Both the position numbers and the translations under genes were made by a program. From assembly GCA_963717365.1 (NCBI GenBank), contig OY970327.1:720348-784347 (forward strand): a stretch of DNA of 64,000 bases. The letters run 5' to 3'. Shown here piece by piece: positions 41,080 to 50,111 of the stretch (its first letter is position 1; each line of letters opens with the position of its first letter). The DNA comes from Candidatus Saccharimonadia bacterium. GTDB lineage: Bacteria > Patescibacteriota > Saccharimonadia > Saccharimonadales > 2-12-FULL-41-12. A model generated the notes under the pieces. It ran no database searches and was not told where the DNA came from. It worked only from the letters and a program-made list of their open reading frames with translations.

Positions 41080-41366
41080 ATGCAGTTATCTCCCGCCGAT
41101 GTAAGCCTAGCAGACATATTATCAGCGGGAAGTAACTGGTCTGCTAGGACTTTGTTATGGGCTTTACTATAGCCTTTACCATTTTGCCAATCAATTGAAC
41201 CACCATATTTATGGCGGTACTCTATATCAACCATCAAGGTTAATAGGTTAAGAAGATTTGTACTGTCAGTCGAAAGTTCGTTGAGCTTTAGACCTGAGCT
41301 TAAATCTTTGTCTATAGTGTCTGCAAGCGAGTGTTTCGCTCGTCGTCTGGGTATGCCACTGGGCAT
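41076..41366 (-). CDS. Small hypothetical protein coupled to the recombinase
   Basis: 96 aa; GGAAAGGA RBS; ATGA overlap with the recombinase start. Confidence 0.55.
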   Translation of the reverse strand: MPSGIPRRRAKHSLADTIDKDLSSGLKLNELSTDSTNLLNLLTLMVDIEYRHKYGGSIDWQNGKGYSKAHNKVLADQLLPADNMSARLTSAGDNCI

Positions 41367-41553
41367 TTAATCCTTTCCGACCAAAACACACGTTGAACGT
41401 GTGCATTGTCCAGAACGATTGCCATCTTGACGATTTTCGCAACTGCTGGCAGCTAGTTTTGTGCTGGCTATTTAGCCCAGACTTAAAGTCTTTACACCTT
41501 AGTAACTGTTACTTGGTGCTTTAATGTACCCCTTAATTATACCACCAGACTGG

Positions 41554-43161
41554 TTAAGTTTTAGCGATAGTACCCAAAAACTTACCTAAGTCAGTATTCT
41601 CAATTTCAGACTTCTGCATCGCTGCAGCAATAACCCAGTTTTCGTTCTTTCCCCAAGCAGGATTGATGTCAGCAAGCTTCTGATATTCACTAAGTTGCTG
41701 AAATTTATCACTTTTAACTTCTTGAACTGCTCGTTCAGTCAGATAATTTTCTGTTGCACGTCTTTCCAGAACATGACAATCAATTTTCAGCCCTTTACAT
41801 ACCTTTACGAAGTCTCGTCTGTCTTGGCTAAGAGTGTCAGTTATTGCAGTTTTCTCGCTATCGATAAGACAAAATATATTTGTTGATAGCCGAGTTAGCT
41901 CGCTAAGTTCATGTTTAAATTTACCGTTTATTAGTGATGCTCCCCCGAGCGATAACAACACCACTTTATGGTCTAGTCCGTAGAATTTAAGGAACTGTTG
42001 TATGGTTTTTACTTCAGTTGGACCTTCTACCAAAAGAACCTTATCAAAGCCCAACTCTCTATAGCCAGAAAAGCTCATTTCACCCAAAAGCTCTACAAGA
42101 TTTTCAGTTGCTTCGTAGGCTTTAACGTATCGTTTTTTATCTTTTCTGATGACTGAGTATAGCTTGTCACTCGCAGACCTTCCCAGACCTACACTATGAG
42201 TTGCGAACAACATTCCTTCAGAAGCATACGAACCTAGAGTGGTTAAAAAGTCTAGTTGAAGAGATGGGTGTAATCCAAGCTCGGGCTCATCAATCAGTAT
42301 GTAAGTGGGTTTTCGTATAAGTGCATTTGCCAGAACCATAATAAATTGTGATAGACCAGAGCCAACTTCATGAAGTTTGTAAGTATCGCCGTTGATGTTG
42401 AGCTGAAGGGTTCTCTCGTCATTAGAAGCATCAATAGTGAGCGTATCAAAACCAAATATTCTCGTAAGTTCCTTTTCAAGCGTAAGTATTGCTCTATGCT
42501 GTGCCTTCTCAGGTCCTGTTTTATAACCACGCCATCGCTTAATAAAAGCCTCTCCAACTTGTATGTCAAAGTAGTCTTCATTATGTCCAATATTTATCGT
42601 ATTGCGGAACGGTCCAACATAGAGACTTCGTGCAATTTTATCAGCCGCCGTTACAAGCTGTGATAAGTTTGTATGATACTTTCCGCTAAAGTGTAATCTG
42701 TTGTCACTCCCATAGCTTACTGTCTCTCCATTAGGGTCTAGCATTGGTCCACCACTTTCAGCAACTTTTGCTGACCAATTTGTCGTACCTTTATGTATCG
42801 TTATAAAAAGCATGTCAGCATACTCAAGTGAGCCACTTTCCGCTTTTACGTCGTCAGGTATATCTATCTTGATTTCAATCTCGATTGGACCATCAACGAA
42901 ATCATTAAAGATTTCTTGCGGGTCGTAGATATGCTGAACATTAAAGCTTTGCGAGCCTTGCAGTACTTGTCGAAATTCTGGGCTTCCAGGCGTGCCTATT
43001 TGTTGGAATATATGTCTAAGCTCTACAAAGAACTTCAAGATTGTTGATTTACCAGAGTTATTTACCCCTAGAAAACCAATTACTTCTTTATCTAAAGTGA
43101 GCTCTAAGGGCTGCTCTCTAGTAAAGCATCTGTAATTCTTAATCTTTAAGTGGACCTTCAT
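41554..43161 (-). CDS. OLD-family ATP-dependent nuclease (ABC ATPase + TOPRIM), putative defence gene
   Basis: IKNYRCF, GVNNSGKS, VGSG signature, LIDEPELGLHP, ATHS; TOPRIM LLVEGPTE...LIDSE, ATENY. Confidence 0.85.
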   Translation of the reverse strand: MKVHLKIKNYRCFTREQPLELTLDKEVIGFLGVNNSGKSTILKFFVELRHIFQQIGTPGSPEFRQVLQGSQSFNVQHIYDPQEIFNDFVDGPIEIEIKIDIPDDVKAESGSLEYADMLFITIHKGTTNWSAKVAESGGPMLDPNGETVSYGSDNRLHFSGKYHTNLSQLVTAADKIARSLYVGPFRNTINIGHNEDYFDIQVGEAFIKRWRGYKTGPEKAQHRAILTLEKELTRIFGFDTLTIDASNDERTLQLNINGDTYKLHEVGSGLSQFIMVLANALIRKPTYILIDEPELGLHPSLQLDFLTTLGSYASEGMLFATHSVGLGRSASDKLYSVIRKDKKRYVKAYEATENLVELLGEMSFSGYRELGFDKVLLVEGPTEVKTIQQFLKFYGLDHKVVLLSLGGASLINGKFKHELSELTRLSTNIFCLIDSEKTAITDTLSQDRRDFVKVCKGLKIDCHVLERRATENYLTERAVQEVKSDKFQQLSEYQKLADINPAWGKNENWVIAAAMQKSEIENTDLGKFLGTIAKT

Positions 43162-44354
43162 TTTTGTTCCACACGTACCAGTCTCGCCAAGTTAAAGCCA
43201 CTGATGTCTATGCTACTTTTACCGTTAATAGCCATTTGTGATAGCACCTCACCAATAGCTGCTGAGTGCTTGAAGCCATGTCCTGAGCAGGGCGACGCAA
43301 TGATTACGTTCTTGTGGTCTGGGTGAAAATCAATCACGAAGCGGCTGTCTGGAGTTGAAGTATAAAGGCAAGATTTTGCTTTAACGCATTTGTTACTGAG
43401 TGCTGGGAAACGGTCTTTAACATAGCGTTCATACATCTGGTCGATTTCGGCTTGCGTGACCTCACGGCTAACAGTATCTGGCGTAGTTTCACTTGTATAG
43501 TCTTCTGTGGCAATCTTTGCACCACCGTTAGGACCGTCCACCATCGGAAAACCGTATATAAAGTCGTCAGCCCCACCGCCAAACTCCCATATATAAACGG
43601 GCATGTTCTTAAACAGCTCGTATTGTGACTTGTCTTTAAGGTCAAACCAGTAAAGCACCTGGCGATAAATCTTGAACGAAGAAGCAAACTCAGGAATTAG
43701 ACTATTTACCCAAGGTCCTGCCGCAACTATCACTTTCTTCGCAGTATAGGTGTCCTTATTAGTCTTTACTGTGACGGAATTGTCGTCAGCTTGGTATGAC
43801 AGTACCTCTTCGTTTAGGCTGAGCATTGCTCCGTACTTAGCTGCCAGGCTGAGCTGTGCTTCAATACACTTCTCAGGTCGCAGAAAGCCAGCTTCAGGCT
43901 CAAAATAGCCATCTTCTAAACCAGATAACCCAAGTTGCGGGTAACGAGCCTTAATTTGTTCAGTCGTTAGGGTTTCATGCTGAATATCGTATTGTTTTGC
44001 TGAAGCAACCGTCTGATTTAAGAAATCATTGATACCATGCTGCCCCTGACCACCTTGAATAGCCATGATAAGCCCACCACAGCTGTTTAATAGTTCATAA
44101 TCCACCTCTTGTTCAATCTCACGCCAAATCTCGTGAGAACGAAGCACCAAAGGTACATAATCAGCACCCTCGCCAATCGCCAGGCGAGTTATTCGAGTGT
44201 CACCATGAGTTGAGCCGTATCCATGTGGTGGAGCGTACTGGTCTATGCCAAGCACGTTAGCACCTGATTTTGCGAGCTGGTAAGCGGCAGCACTACCCAT
44301 TGCACCTAAACCAATTACAATTACGTCAAACTCTTTACTCATTGCACTTATCAT
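43158..44354 (-). CDS. solA: Monomeric sarcosine oxidase / N-methyl-L-tryptophan oxidase family
   Basis: GLGAMGSA, GSTHGDTRITR, SCLYT (covalent-FAD Cys), CSGHGFKH. Confidence 0.85.
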   Translation of the reverse strand: MISAMSKEFDVIVIGLGAMGSAAAYQLAKSGANVLGIDQYAPPHGYGSTHGDTRITRLAIGEGADYVPLVLRSHEIWREIEQEVDYELLNSCGGLIMAIQGGQGQHGINDFLNQTVASAKQYDIQHETLTTEQIKARYPQLGLSGLEDGYFEPEAGFLRPEKCIEAQLSLAAKYGAMLSLNEEVLSYQADDNSVTVKTNKDTYTAKKVIVAAGPWVNSLIPEFASSFKIYRQVLYWFDLKDKSQYELFKNMPVYIWEFGGGADDFIYGFPMVDGPNGGAKIATEDYTSETTPDTVSREVTQAEIDQMYERYVKDRFPALSNKCVKAKSCLYTSTPDSRFVIDFHPDHKNVIIASPCSGHGFKHSAAIGEVLSQMAINGKSSIDISGFNLARLVRVEQK

Positions 44355-44785
44355 ATAACAGATTGACCACTATTTCTGCTCTCGTTTCTCTTCTGCTCAC
44401 GCTCCCAGTGCTGATGCAGCATCTCTAGACCTTTTTTTAGCTCCTCTTCGGTGTATTTTTCATCTGGTGGGACTTGAGGACTAATTTGGTACTCAACTGG
44501 CTTACCAAACTCATCTCTGGCCTTGCGTTCTAGCCACCATTTAGCGGCCGCCATGTCACCCTTAGCGATAGCCTGGGCAACAATACGCTTTGCGTTTACT
44601 GTGACCTGGCTTTGAGCCTTTGCCATTGTGTCAGCAAATTGCTCATCAGACCGTACGCGACTGTAGTACGCCTCGTGAGATATACCAGATTGCCAACACG
44701 CTTCACGGACTGACATACCGTCGCCCAAACAGGTCATTAATAAGCTGACAACCTTACTGGTTATTACTGTGGGACGGCCACTCAT
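44351..44785 (-). CDS. Phage terminase small subunit-like / HTH protein
   Basis: GRPT N-terminus; HTH SVREAC..SGIS...YY; DEQFA; AAKWWLERK, a pattern seen in TerS-like proteins. Confidence 0.55.
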   Translation of the reverse strand: MSGRPTVITSKVVSLLMTCLGDGMSVREACWQSGISHEAYYSRVRSDEQFADTMAKAQSQVTVNAKRIVAQAIAKGDMAAAKWWLERKARDEFGKPVEYQISPQVPPDEKYTEEELKKGLEMLHQHWEREQKRNESRNSGQSVI

Positions 44786-44859
44786 AATAAGCCTCTGTTA
44801 TGCCAGTAAATATAGTCGGGCGGTAAGTCTGCTGTATTACTAATACTCTCAGACGTATG

Positions 44860-44901
44860 GACAAAGTAGTTCCATACCTGTTCCGCTATGGTCCGCCAAA
44901 T
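44860..44901. repeat. attR / recombinase C-terminal tail, copy 1
   Basis: 33/42 identical to 46211-46252; minus strand encodes WRTIAEQVWNYFV. Confidence 0.85.
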
Positions 44902-44941
44902 TATTTACATCTTAAATGTTTAATTATATAGTAATTTTATT

Positions 44942-45580
44942 ATGAACACTTTAAGAATTTCTCCAGAGCTTGCGATAAGCCCGCTAGAACGGGAAATGCT
45001 GTTGTGCCAAGATGCTGCTTACCTCGAAACTGAACCGATTAGGACATTAGCTTATGGTAAGTTTAATATAGCTGTATCATATACTAGGGTAAAATACGCT
45101 GACTGGTTAATCCCAAGTAAACCAATGCAAGTGGATGACGAAGAAGTTGTAGTAGAAACATTGCATTTTGACACTTGCACAGTTAACTTTAATGGCAAAG
45201 GAAAGATTGGGATGCATGAAATCGGTTTGCACGCGGTTAGAGGCCTAATAGGTTTTAAAGTTGATGAGCCTGTTCTCTACGATATAGTTGATGAAGTTTT
45301 TACAGAAGAAGGCCCTCGTTTAGTATTGAACACTTCGAGCCCAGAGGATATACAAGCAGGCATCGTGCGAAATAGCAGATACATAACAAAAGTAATCGAA
45401 GATTGGGAAGAAAAAAAGCGTCAGGGGTTAACCGATTACCCCATCTCAGCGCGAGCTACAGAGGAGTTAACTGCTGCAGTGATTAATGGAAAGCCGCTTA
45501 CCCAAGAGAAATTTAGAGACATGGTTGCAAACTTATTCTCTGACCCAGATTACGCAGCCAGATATTACGGATTTAAATAA
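44942..45580 (+). CDS. Hypothetical protein (possibly frameshifted at the 3' end)
   Basis: 212 aa; TTTACA-17-TATAGT promoter immediately after attR. Confidence 0.7.
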   Translation: MNTLRISPELAISPLEREMLLCQDAAYLETEPIRTLAYGKFNIAVSYTRVKYADWLIPSKPMQVDDEEVVVETLHFDTCTVNFNGKGKIGMHEIGLHAVRGLIGFKVDEPVLYDIVDEVFTEEGPRLVLNTSSPEDIQAGIVRNSRYITKVIEDWEEKKRQGLTDYPISARATEELTAAVINGKPLTQEKFRDMVANLFSDPDYAARYYGFK

Positions 45581-45750
45581 GCAACAACACTCCGAAATCC
45601 TCCTCGGTGAAGCAAGGAACGGAGATAAAACTGCGCTTGCACAGTTTTATCGAGTACCGCAGGAAGAAGCACAAACACAAAGTTTGTGCGCTAACCGGTC
45701 AGATTCACAAATAAATTGACATTTAAACAATATTATGCTATTATGTAGAT

Positions 45751-46143
45751 ATGAATGAAAAAAATCCAAACGCAGTAACCCCAGAAACAGTTATTAGAGA
45801 GCATCCTGGATACCGGTACCGAGGAAGCGATAATACCCAATATCAAATATTTACAAAAGCCATGCCTAAATTCCCTCACCAGACTAACGGTGCAACGTTA
45901 GCCGAACTTAGAGGGCAAGGTTTATCCGATGATGAAATCGGTGATCAATTTGACAAGAGCCACAAAGAAGCTATCGAGAGACACAGTAAAGAATTCTGGG
46001 AACAAGTGGCTGAAGACCCTGAATCATTAACCAGAGAAGATCCTCTTGCCGGTGATGTAGACCCTACTGGCGGCTATTATGAAGAGCCACCGAATCCAAT
46101 GGATGCCCACAGAGATGAAGTTGCCCGCCAGCATGGCGACTAA
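45751..46143 (+). CDS. Hypothetical protein (leaderless)
   Basis: TTGACA(45716)-17-TATTAT-6 nt-ATG; terminator follows. Confidence 0.7.
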   Translation: MNEKNPNAVTPETVIREHPGYRYRGSDNTQYQIFTKAMPKFPHQTNGATLAELRGQGLSDDEIGDQFDKSHKEAIERHSKEFWEQVAEDPESLTREDPLAGDVDPTGGYYEEPPNPMDAHRDEVARQHGD

Positions 46144-46168
46144 ACTATTGATTTAGCCTCACTTAATT

Positions 46169-46198
46169 GACCGTCGGGTATGAATCGACGGTCTTTTT
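46169..46198 (+). terminator. Intrinsic terminator
   Basis: GACCGTCG/CGACGGTC + T5. Confidence 0.75.
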
Positions 46199-46204
46199 AT
46201 TTGT

Positions 46205-46252
46205 CTATGTGACAAAATAGTTCCACGCCTCTTCTACTACTGCCCGCCAAAT
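46205..46252. repeat. att scar / recombinase tail, copy 2
   Basis: Ends GCCCGCCAA (9 nt identical to the tRNA-Asp end); minus strand encodes WRAVVEEAWNYFVT*. Confidence 0.82.
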
Positions 46253-46311
46253 ATAATCGTTTTTAGAGCTAGTGCTTTTATAGCTGAGAGTTTGTGTGAT
46301 GCCGAAAAAGT

Positions 46312-46383
46312 TTAAAAAATAAACGCGATTATTGCTATTACTCCGATTACGGCAAGTATAGTTATTATTGTATTCCTATTCAT
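46312..46383 (-). CDS. Small hydrophobic peptide (23 aa)
   Basis: MNRNTIITILAVIGVIAIIAFIF* with AAGGGG RBS. Confidence 0.5.
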   Translation of the reverse strand: MNRNTIITILAVIGVIAIIAFIF

Positions 46384-46446
46384 TGTAGTACCCCTTAAAT
46401 TTAAGTGCATGAATTGTATCATAGCAATGTATATATTTACTGCTAA

Positions 46447-46485
46447 CTATATGACTGTTCGAAAATCCGCCTCGATTCCACGCCA
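46447..46485. repeat. att scar / recombinase tail, copy 3
   Basis: Ends CGCCA; minus strand encodes WRGIEADFRTVI*; TTGACA 3 nt downstream. Confidence 0.65.
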
Positions 46486-46540
46486 GCATTGACAAAAATC
46501 CTACTCTGTGGTAATATTCTTTTATTGGAATAAAACAAAA

Positions 46541-47146
46541 ATGAATAATCACCCAGATAATCCAAGCTTTCCTCACGAAATAATCCAGCCGCCCGACCAG
46601 ACTACCTTACAAAATATAGTTGATGGAATAGCTGAGTTAACACAAGATCAATTTGATTTCGGCCCTGATCATGACTCTCTCCGGGCACGCGTACATGAAC
46701 CCGGATCTACTAAACAGGCGGGTACAGTATGCTCTTATAAAGTAGACGAGGAGGGTAATTACCCTCAGAATAAGGTTGCCAGTATACATTTGGCTGAGGA
46801 TGCTTCGCATTTCGGCGATAAGATACATACTAATTATACAATTATCAAAACCCCGGACGGCGATTTGTTTATAGAGAAAAACCTGAAAACTTCTAACCGT
46901 GCCGAGCAGAATATCCATCCTGCAAACAACGATGAAGTAGCAATTGAAGCTCTTAAGCTATTGGTAAGAGTAGTTCGTGAAGATAAAGCCGAAAAAATCC
47001 AGAATGCTATGGGGCTAAATTATGTTGATCACGATGAAGCAGCAGGTTTACTTGAAAGAGTTGGCAGGCTGAAACCTTTTGACGATCATGATATGGATAA
47101 GAAAACAGCTGAGTGGATACGACAATCAGGACCTAAGCTGCATTAG
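46541..47146 (+). CDS. Hypothetical protein, paralog family A (distant member)
   Basis: Shares TNY.I..TPDG..IEK and GL.[YF]V...EA..L motifs with 47263 and 50112. Confidence 0.75.
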   Translation: MNNHPDNPSFPHEIIQPPDQTTLQNIVDGIAELTQDQFDFGPDHDSLRARVHEPGSTKQAGTVCSYKVDEEGNYPQNKVASIHLAEDASHFGDKIHTNYTIIKTPDGDLFIEKNLKTSNRAEQNIHPANNDEVAIEALKLLVRVVREDKAEKIQNAMGLNYVDHDEAAGLLERVGRLKPFDDHDMDKKTAEWIRQSGPKLH

Positions 47147-47262
47147 TCTGATTTGATCATTATATTCCAGACTTTTCACGGAATTTGGAAAATAGTCCCA
47201 GAGCGGTAATTCTGGGATCTTGACTATAGACATTTCGGAGTTTTTATTGTATTATGTCTTTC

Positions 47263-47775
47263 ATGAATCCGGAAAACTTTATAAATCCTCCCAAAAGCCA
47301 TCCTGAGATAGACTCAAATCCGGAGGCGGCGATGCGAGCCTCGCAAGAAACTCTTTATACATTACTGGAATGTATTGGGGGAGAACTCCTGCTTGCTTCT
47401 GAACCCATACATTACTCATCCAAAATCTTTCCCAAGGGCACGCTTGGCAAGGCGCAGCCGGAAGCTATCGGACATATCCTTCAGTGCGAAACTACCAACG
47501 GCTCCGATACAACGGTGAATACAAATTACTATATTTTAGCTACGCCCGACGGCCTGCATATTGAAAAAAATGCCGGGTTATATGAATCTATAATTATCGG
47601 TCATGGCGGCCCCGTTTGCGGCAAAGAACGAGCTGAAAAGCTTGGACGGATCATGAGTAGTTATAAAGCACGTGAAGAGTCGCGCAAGCTACAAAATGAA
47701 CTTGGCCTCAGTTTTGTCTCTGAAGCTGAAGCCCAGGGCCTAATCGATATTCTCTCTGGCAATACTGAAGCCTAG
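47263..47775 (+). CDS. Hypothetical protein, paralog family A
   Basis: Close paralog of 50112..50639; ATG 47263 follows TAGACA-17-TATTAT. Confidence 0.8.
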   Translation: MNPENFINPPKSHPEIDSNPEAAMRASQETLYTLLECIGGELLLASEPIHYSSKIFPKGTLGKAQPEAIGHILQCETTNGSDTTVNTNYYILATPDGLHIEKNAGLYESIIIGHGGPVCGKERAEKLGRIMSSYKAREESRKLQNELGLSFVSEAEAQGLIDILSGNTEA

Positions 47776-47845
47776 GGTATATAAAATTCCACTCCCGCCC
47801 CTTAACTATTTACACTGCAAGCTAAATATGATATAGTCTTTGATT

Positions 47846-48871
47846 ATGTTAGAAAACTCTGGTGAATTTTCGCACGCATATGAAATAGAAGAACTTCTTC
47901 ATATAGCGAGCGCCGTTGCAGAACGTCAGTTGCAGGATATGGAAGCAGCCCAAAGCATAGCATCAGAAATTACCGGGCAACCTGCCCCTGAAGTACCCTT
48001 AGAACTTAGACACAAACTAGTTACAGCTACTGCGGCTATGAATATAACCCGCCTGGAGACGCCCGAAGCATGCATAAGTTTTGAGACTGGTCTGGATGCG
48101 GTAATGGAAGGAAGTTATGGTCTGCTAGCAGATATGGATAGCGCCGACGGAGAAGCAATTCCTGAATCACAGATCCGCCAATTCATGATAAATTTTGGTA
48201 ACACTATGCTAAATGAAATGGGTGTTAAAGAGGAAACAACTTCCGGAATATTCGCTAAAACGTTCATGGCCGCAAAAGTTATCGCCGAACAAAAAGGGGT
48301 CGGCGTTGCCCAAGTTTATCAAGATGAAGAGTTGTACAGCGAGACTTTCCGTCAAGCCTATACCCTTGTAGAATTCGCTACGCAACAGTTAGCAATGATG
48401 GACGGTATTTCAGAGAAAACCATGGGTAGCTTATTCGTTCATATGCTCAGTATTATAATACCCGAGGAAGAGCAAGCAGAGATGGACGAAGAAGAGATGG
48501 CTGAAATGATAGCAGAACTTCAACTTGATACTGAAGTCCAGACAGCCTTAACAGAGGCAACGGAACTAGGCCTGAAAGTTGCCAGGCATGTGGCTGTCTC
48601 GCAGATTATTCGTTTCTGGGGCAGCGATTCCTTACGAGACTTGCCTAAAGAAATCAAACAGAAATTAGAGATAACTGATAAACCATCAGTTATACAAATA
48701 GGTGGACTTGTCATACTCGGTGCGTCAGCCGAACAGGCCGATCAGCTTAAAATGCGAGAATCATTTGTTAACCGTTATTTTGAGGAGCGTGACTGGGACG
48801 CCAGCAATCCAACTATGGAGCAGGTGATGGAAGTTCGTTCCCAGCCTGGCTGGCAGAATCCTTCCACTTAA
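47846..48871 (+). CDS. Hypothetical acidic helical protein
   Basis: ~341 aa; TTTACA-17-TATAGT promoter. Confidence 0.72.
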   Translation: MLENSGEFSHAYEIEELLHIASAVAERQLQDMEAAQSIASEITGQPAPEVPLELRHKLVTATAAMNITRLETPEACISFETGLDAVMEGSYGLLADMDSADGEAIPESQIRQFMINFGNTMLNEMGVKEETTSGIFAKTFMAAKVIAEQKGVGVAQVYQDEELYSETFRQAYTLVEFATQQLAMMDGISEKTMGSLFVHMLSIIIPEEEQAEMDEEEMAEMIAELQLDTEVQTALTEATELGLKVARHVAVSQIIRFWGSDSLRDLPKEIKQKLEITDKPSVIQIGGLVILGASAEQADQLKMRESFVNRYFEERDWDASNPTMEQVMEVRSQPGWQNPST

Positions 48872-48935
48872 TAGTCCAGATCCACCTTTTGCTCTGCCCG
48901 CAGAAATTGAAACACCGCCCAAAAGTAGTAATTTT

Positions 48936-49943
48936 CTAAGCTAGTAATTTACCAAGCACCGGTCCAAACTTAAATAAATTGTGGCCGGCTATTGCTTTAA
49001 TACTCCCATTCTCGTAAATTTGATATGAATCAGCTGGCCCCTCGATATACGTTGCTGTGCACTTAACTGTATGTAGCTCGCCCGGGTTTAATGCAGGTAT
49101 TGCAACAGCAACGTAATCTCTAATACGCTGCTTGTTTTTCTCCCATAACATGTGGTCGAATTGCAAAAGATTATCCTGCTTATTTGATAATCCAATCGTG
49201 TAAAGAGATTGGTTTATTGGAGAACCATATACATGTTCTCCGTATTGTCCGCTTGTATCGCTAAAACACGGCTGCACAGCAAGAGACTGGTAAGCCTGGA
49301 ACGTTAACCGAGTATGAAGCCGTTTCTCAATTTTAATATCAATCCCAACCTGCTTAGCAAGATCAGGCGTTTCTGTTCCTGCGGCTACTATTAATCGCAC
49401 GCATTTATAAATATTGTCAGAGGTTTTAATAATAATTGAACTACCCCTCTCTTCTATACTTAAAACTGTATCATGAATAATTCTAGGACGATGTTTTTCC
49501 TTAAGGAAACGAATAATAACATTAGCTCTTATGGCGCCGGCGCTTACTTCAAATAGTGCTTGTCCCTTAATAGCTGAATGGCTGTTGGTTAGTTTTTTCC
49601 AGTCATCTTTATTAAGCAGCGAGCATCTAATCTTATTCTTTTTACAGAACTCAGCTTGCTGTTCTATGTCTGACCCAAAAGTTAACTGGCCACATTTTAT
49701 AATAAGTTCGGTTTTAAATTCTTCTTCCCATTGTCGCCATAAGTTAAGGGCTTCTTGAGCCAAAGCAATCTGACTATGAGTTTGGTGGCGCTGGCGATAA
49801 ATTCTTGTGAAGCCCGATGATTGGCCGCAGCCAGGTATATTCTTCTCAAGACAGACTACATCTGTGCCTTGCTCAGCAATGTAATCAAGAGCGGAAAGCC
49901 CGACGATACCAGCCCCTATTACAATAGTGTCTACAGTTTTCAT
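48936..49943 (-). CDS. FAD-dependent oxidoreductase (sarcosine oxidase/DAO-like)
   Basis: IGAGIVG, GQSSGFTRIYR, GHNLFKFGPVLG. Confidence 0.82.
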   Translation of the reverse strand: MKTVDTIVIGAGIVGLSALDYIAEQGTDVVCLEKNIPGCGQSSGFTRIYRQRHQTHSQIALAQEALNLWRQWEEEFKTELIIKCGQLTFGSDIEQQAEFCKKNKIRCSLLNKDDWKKLTNSHSAIKGQALFEVSAGAIRANVIIRFLKEKHRPRIIHDTVLSIEERGSSIIIKTSDNIYKCVRLIVAAGTETPDLAKQVGIDIKIEKRLHTRLTFQAYQSLAVQPCFSDTSGQYGEHVYGSPINQSLYTIGLSNKQDNLLQFDHMLWEKNKQRIRDYVAVAIPALNPGELHTVKCTATYIEGPADSYQIYENGSIKAIAGHNLFKFGPVLGKLLA

Positions 49944-50037
49944 GCGGTAAGTATATCAGCACAAGTCTTCAAAAATCCGTCCCTCTGCCTGATTGATTGA
50001 GTTATCTTACAAAATCACATACTTAAGTCGGATCTCG

Positions 50038-50072
50038 TTAAATAGTTCGGAAACTCCCTCAATATCCCGCCA
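50038..50072. repeat. att scar / recombinase tail, copy 4 (1-nt deletion)
   Basis: Ends CCCGCCA; minus strand TGG CGG GAT ATT GAG GGA GTT TC CGA ACT ATT TAA = WRDIEGV(F)RTI*; TAGACA -35 3 nt downstream. Confidence 0.62.
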
Positions 50073-50111
50073 GTATAGACATAGTATCATTTATAGTGTA
50101 TTATATGTTTT

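Larger units (their letters stand above)
39571..44899 (-). mobile_element. ~5.3 kb serine-recombinase element integrated at the tRNA-Asp 3' end
   Basis: Direct repeat CCGCCAA at 39571-39577 and 44893-44899; five co-oriented minus-strand genes; the recombinase frame continues across the reconstructed attP. Confidence 0.8.
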
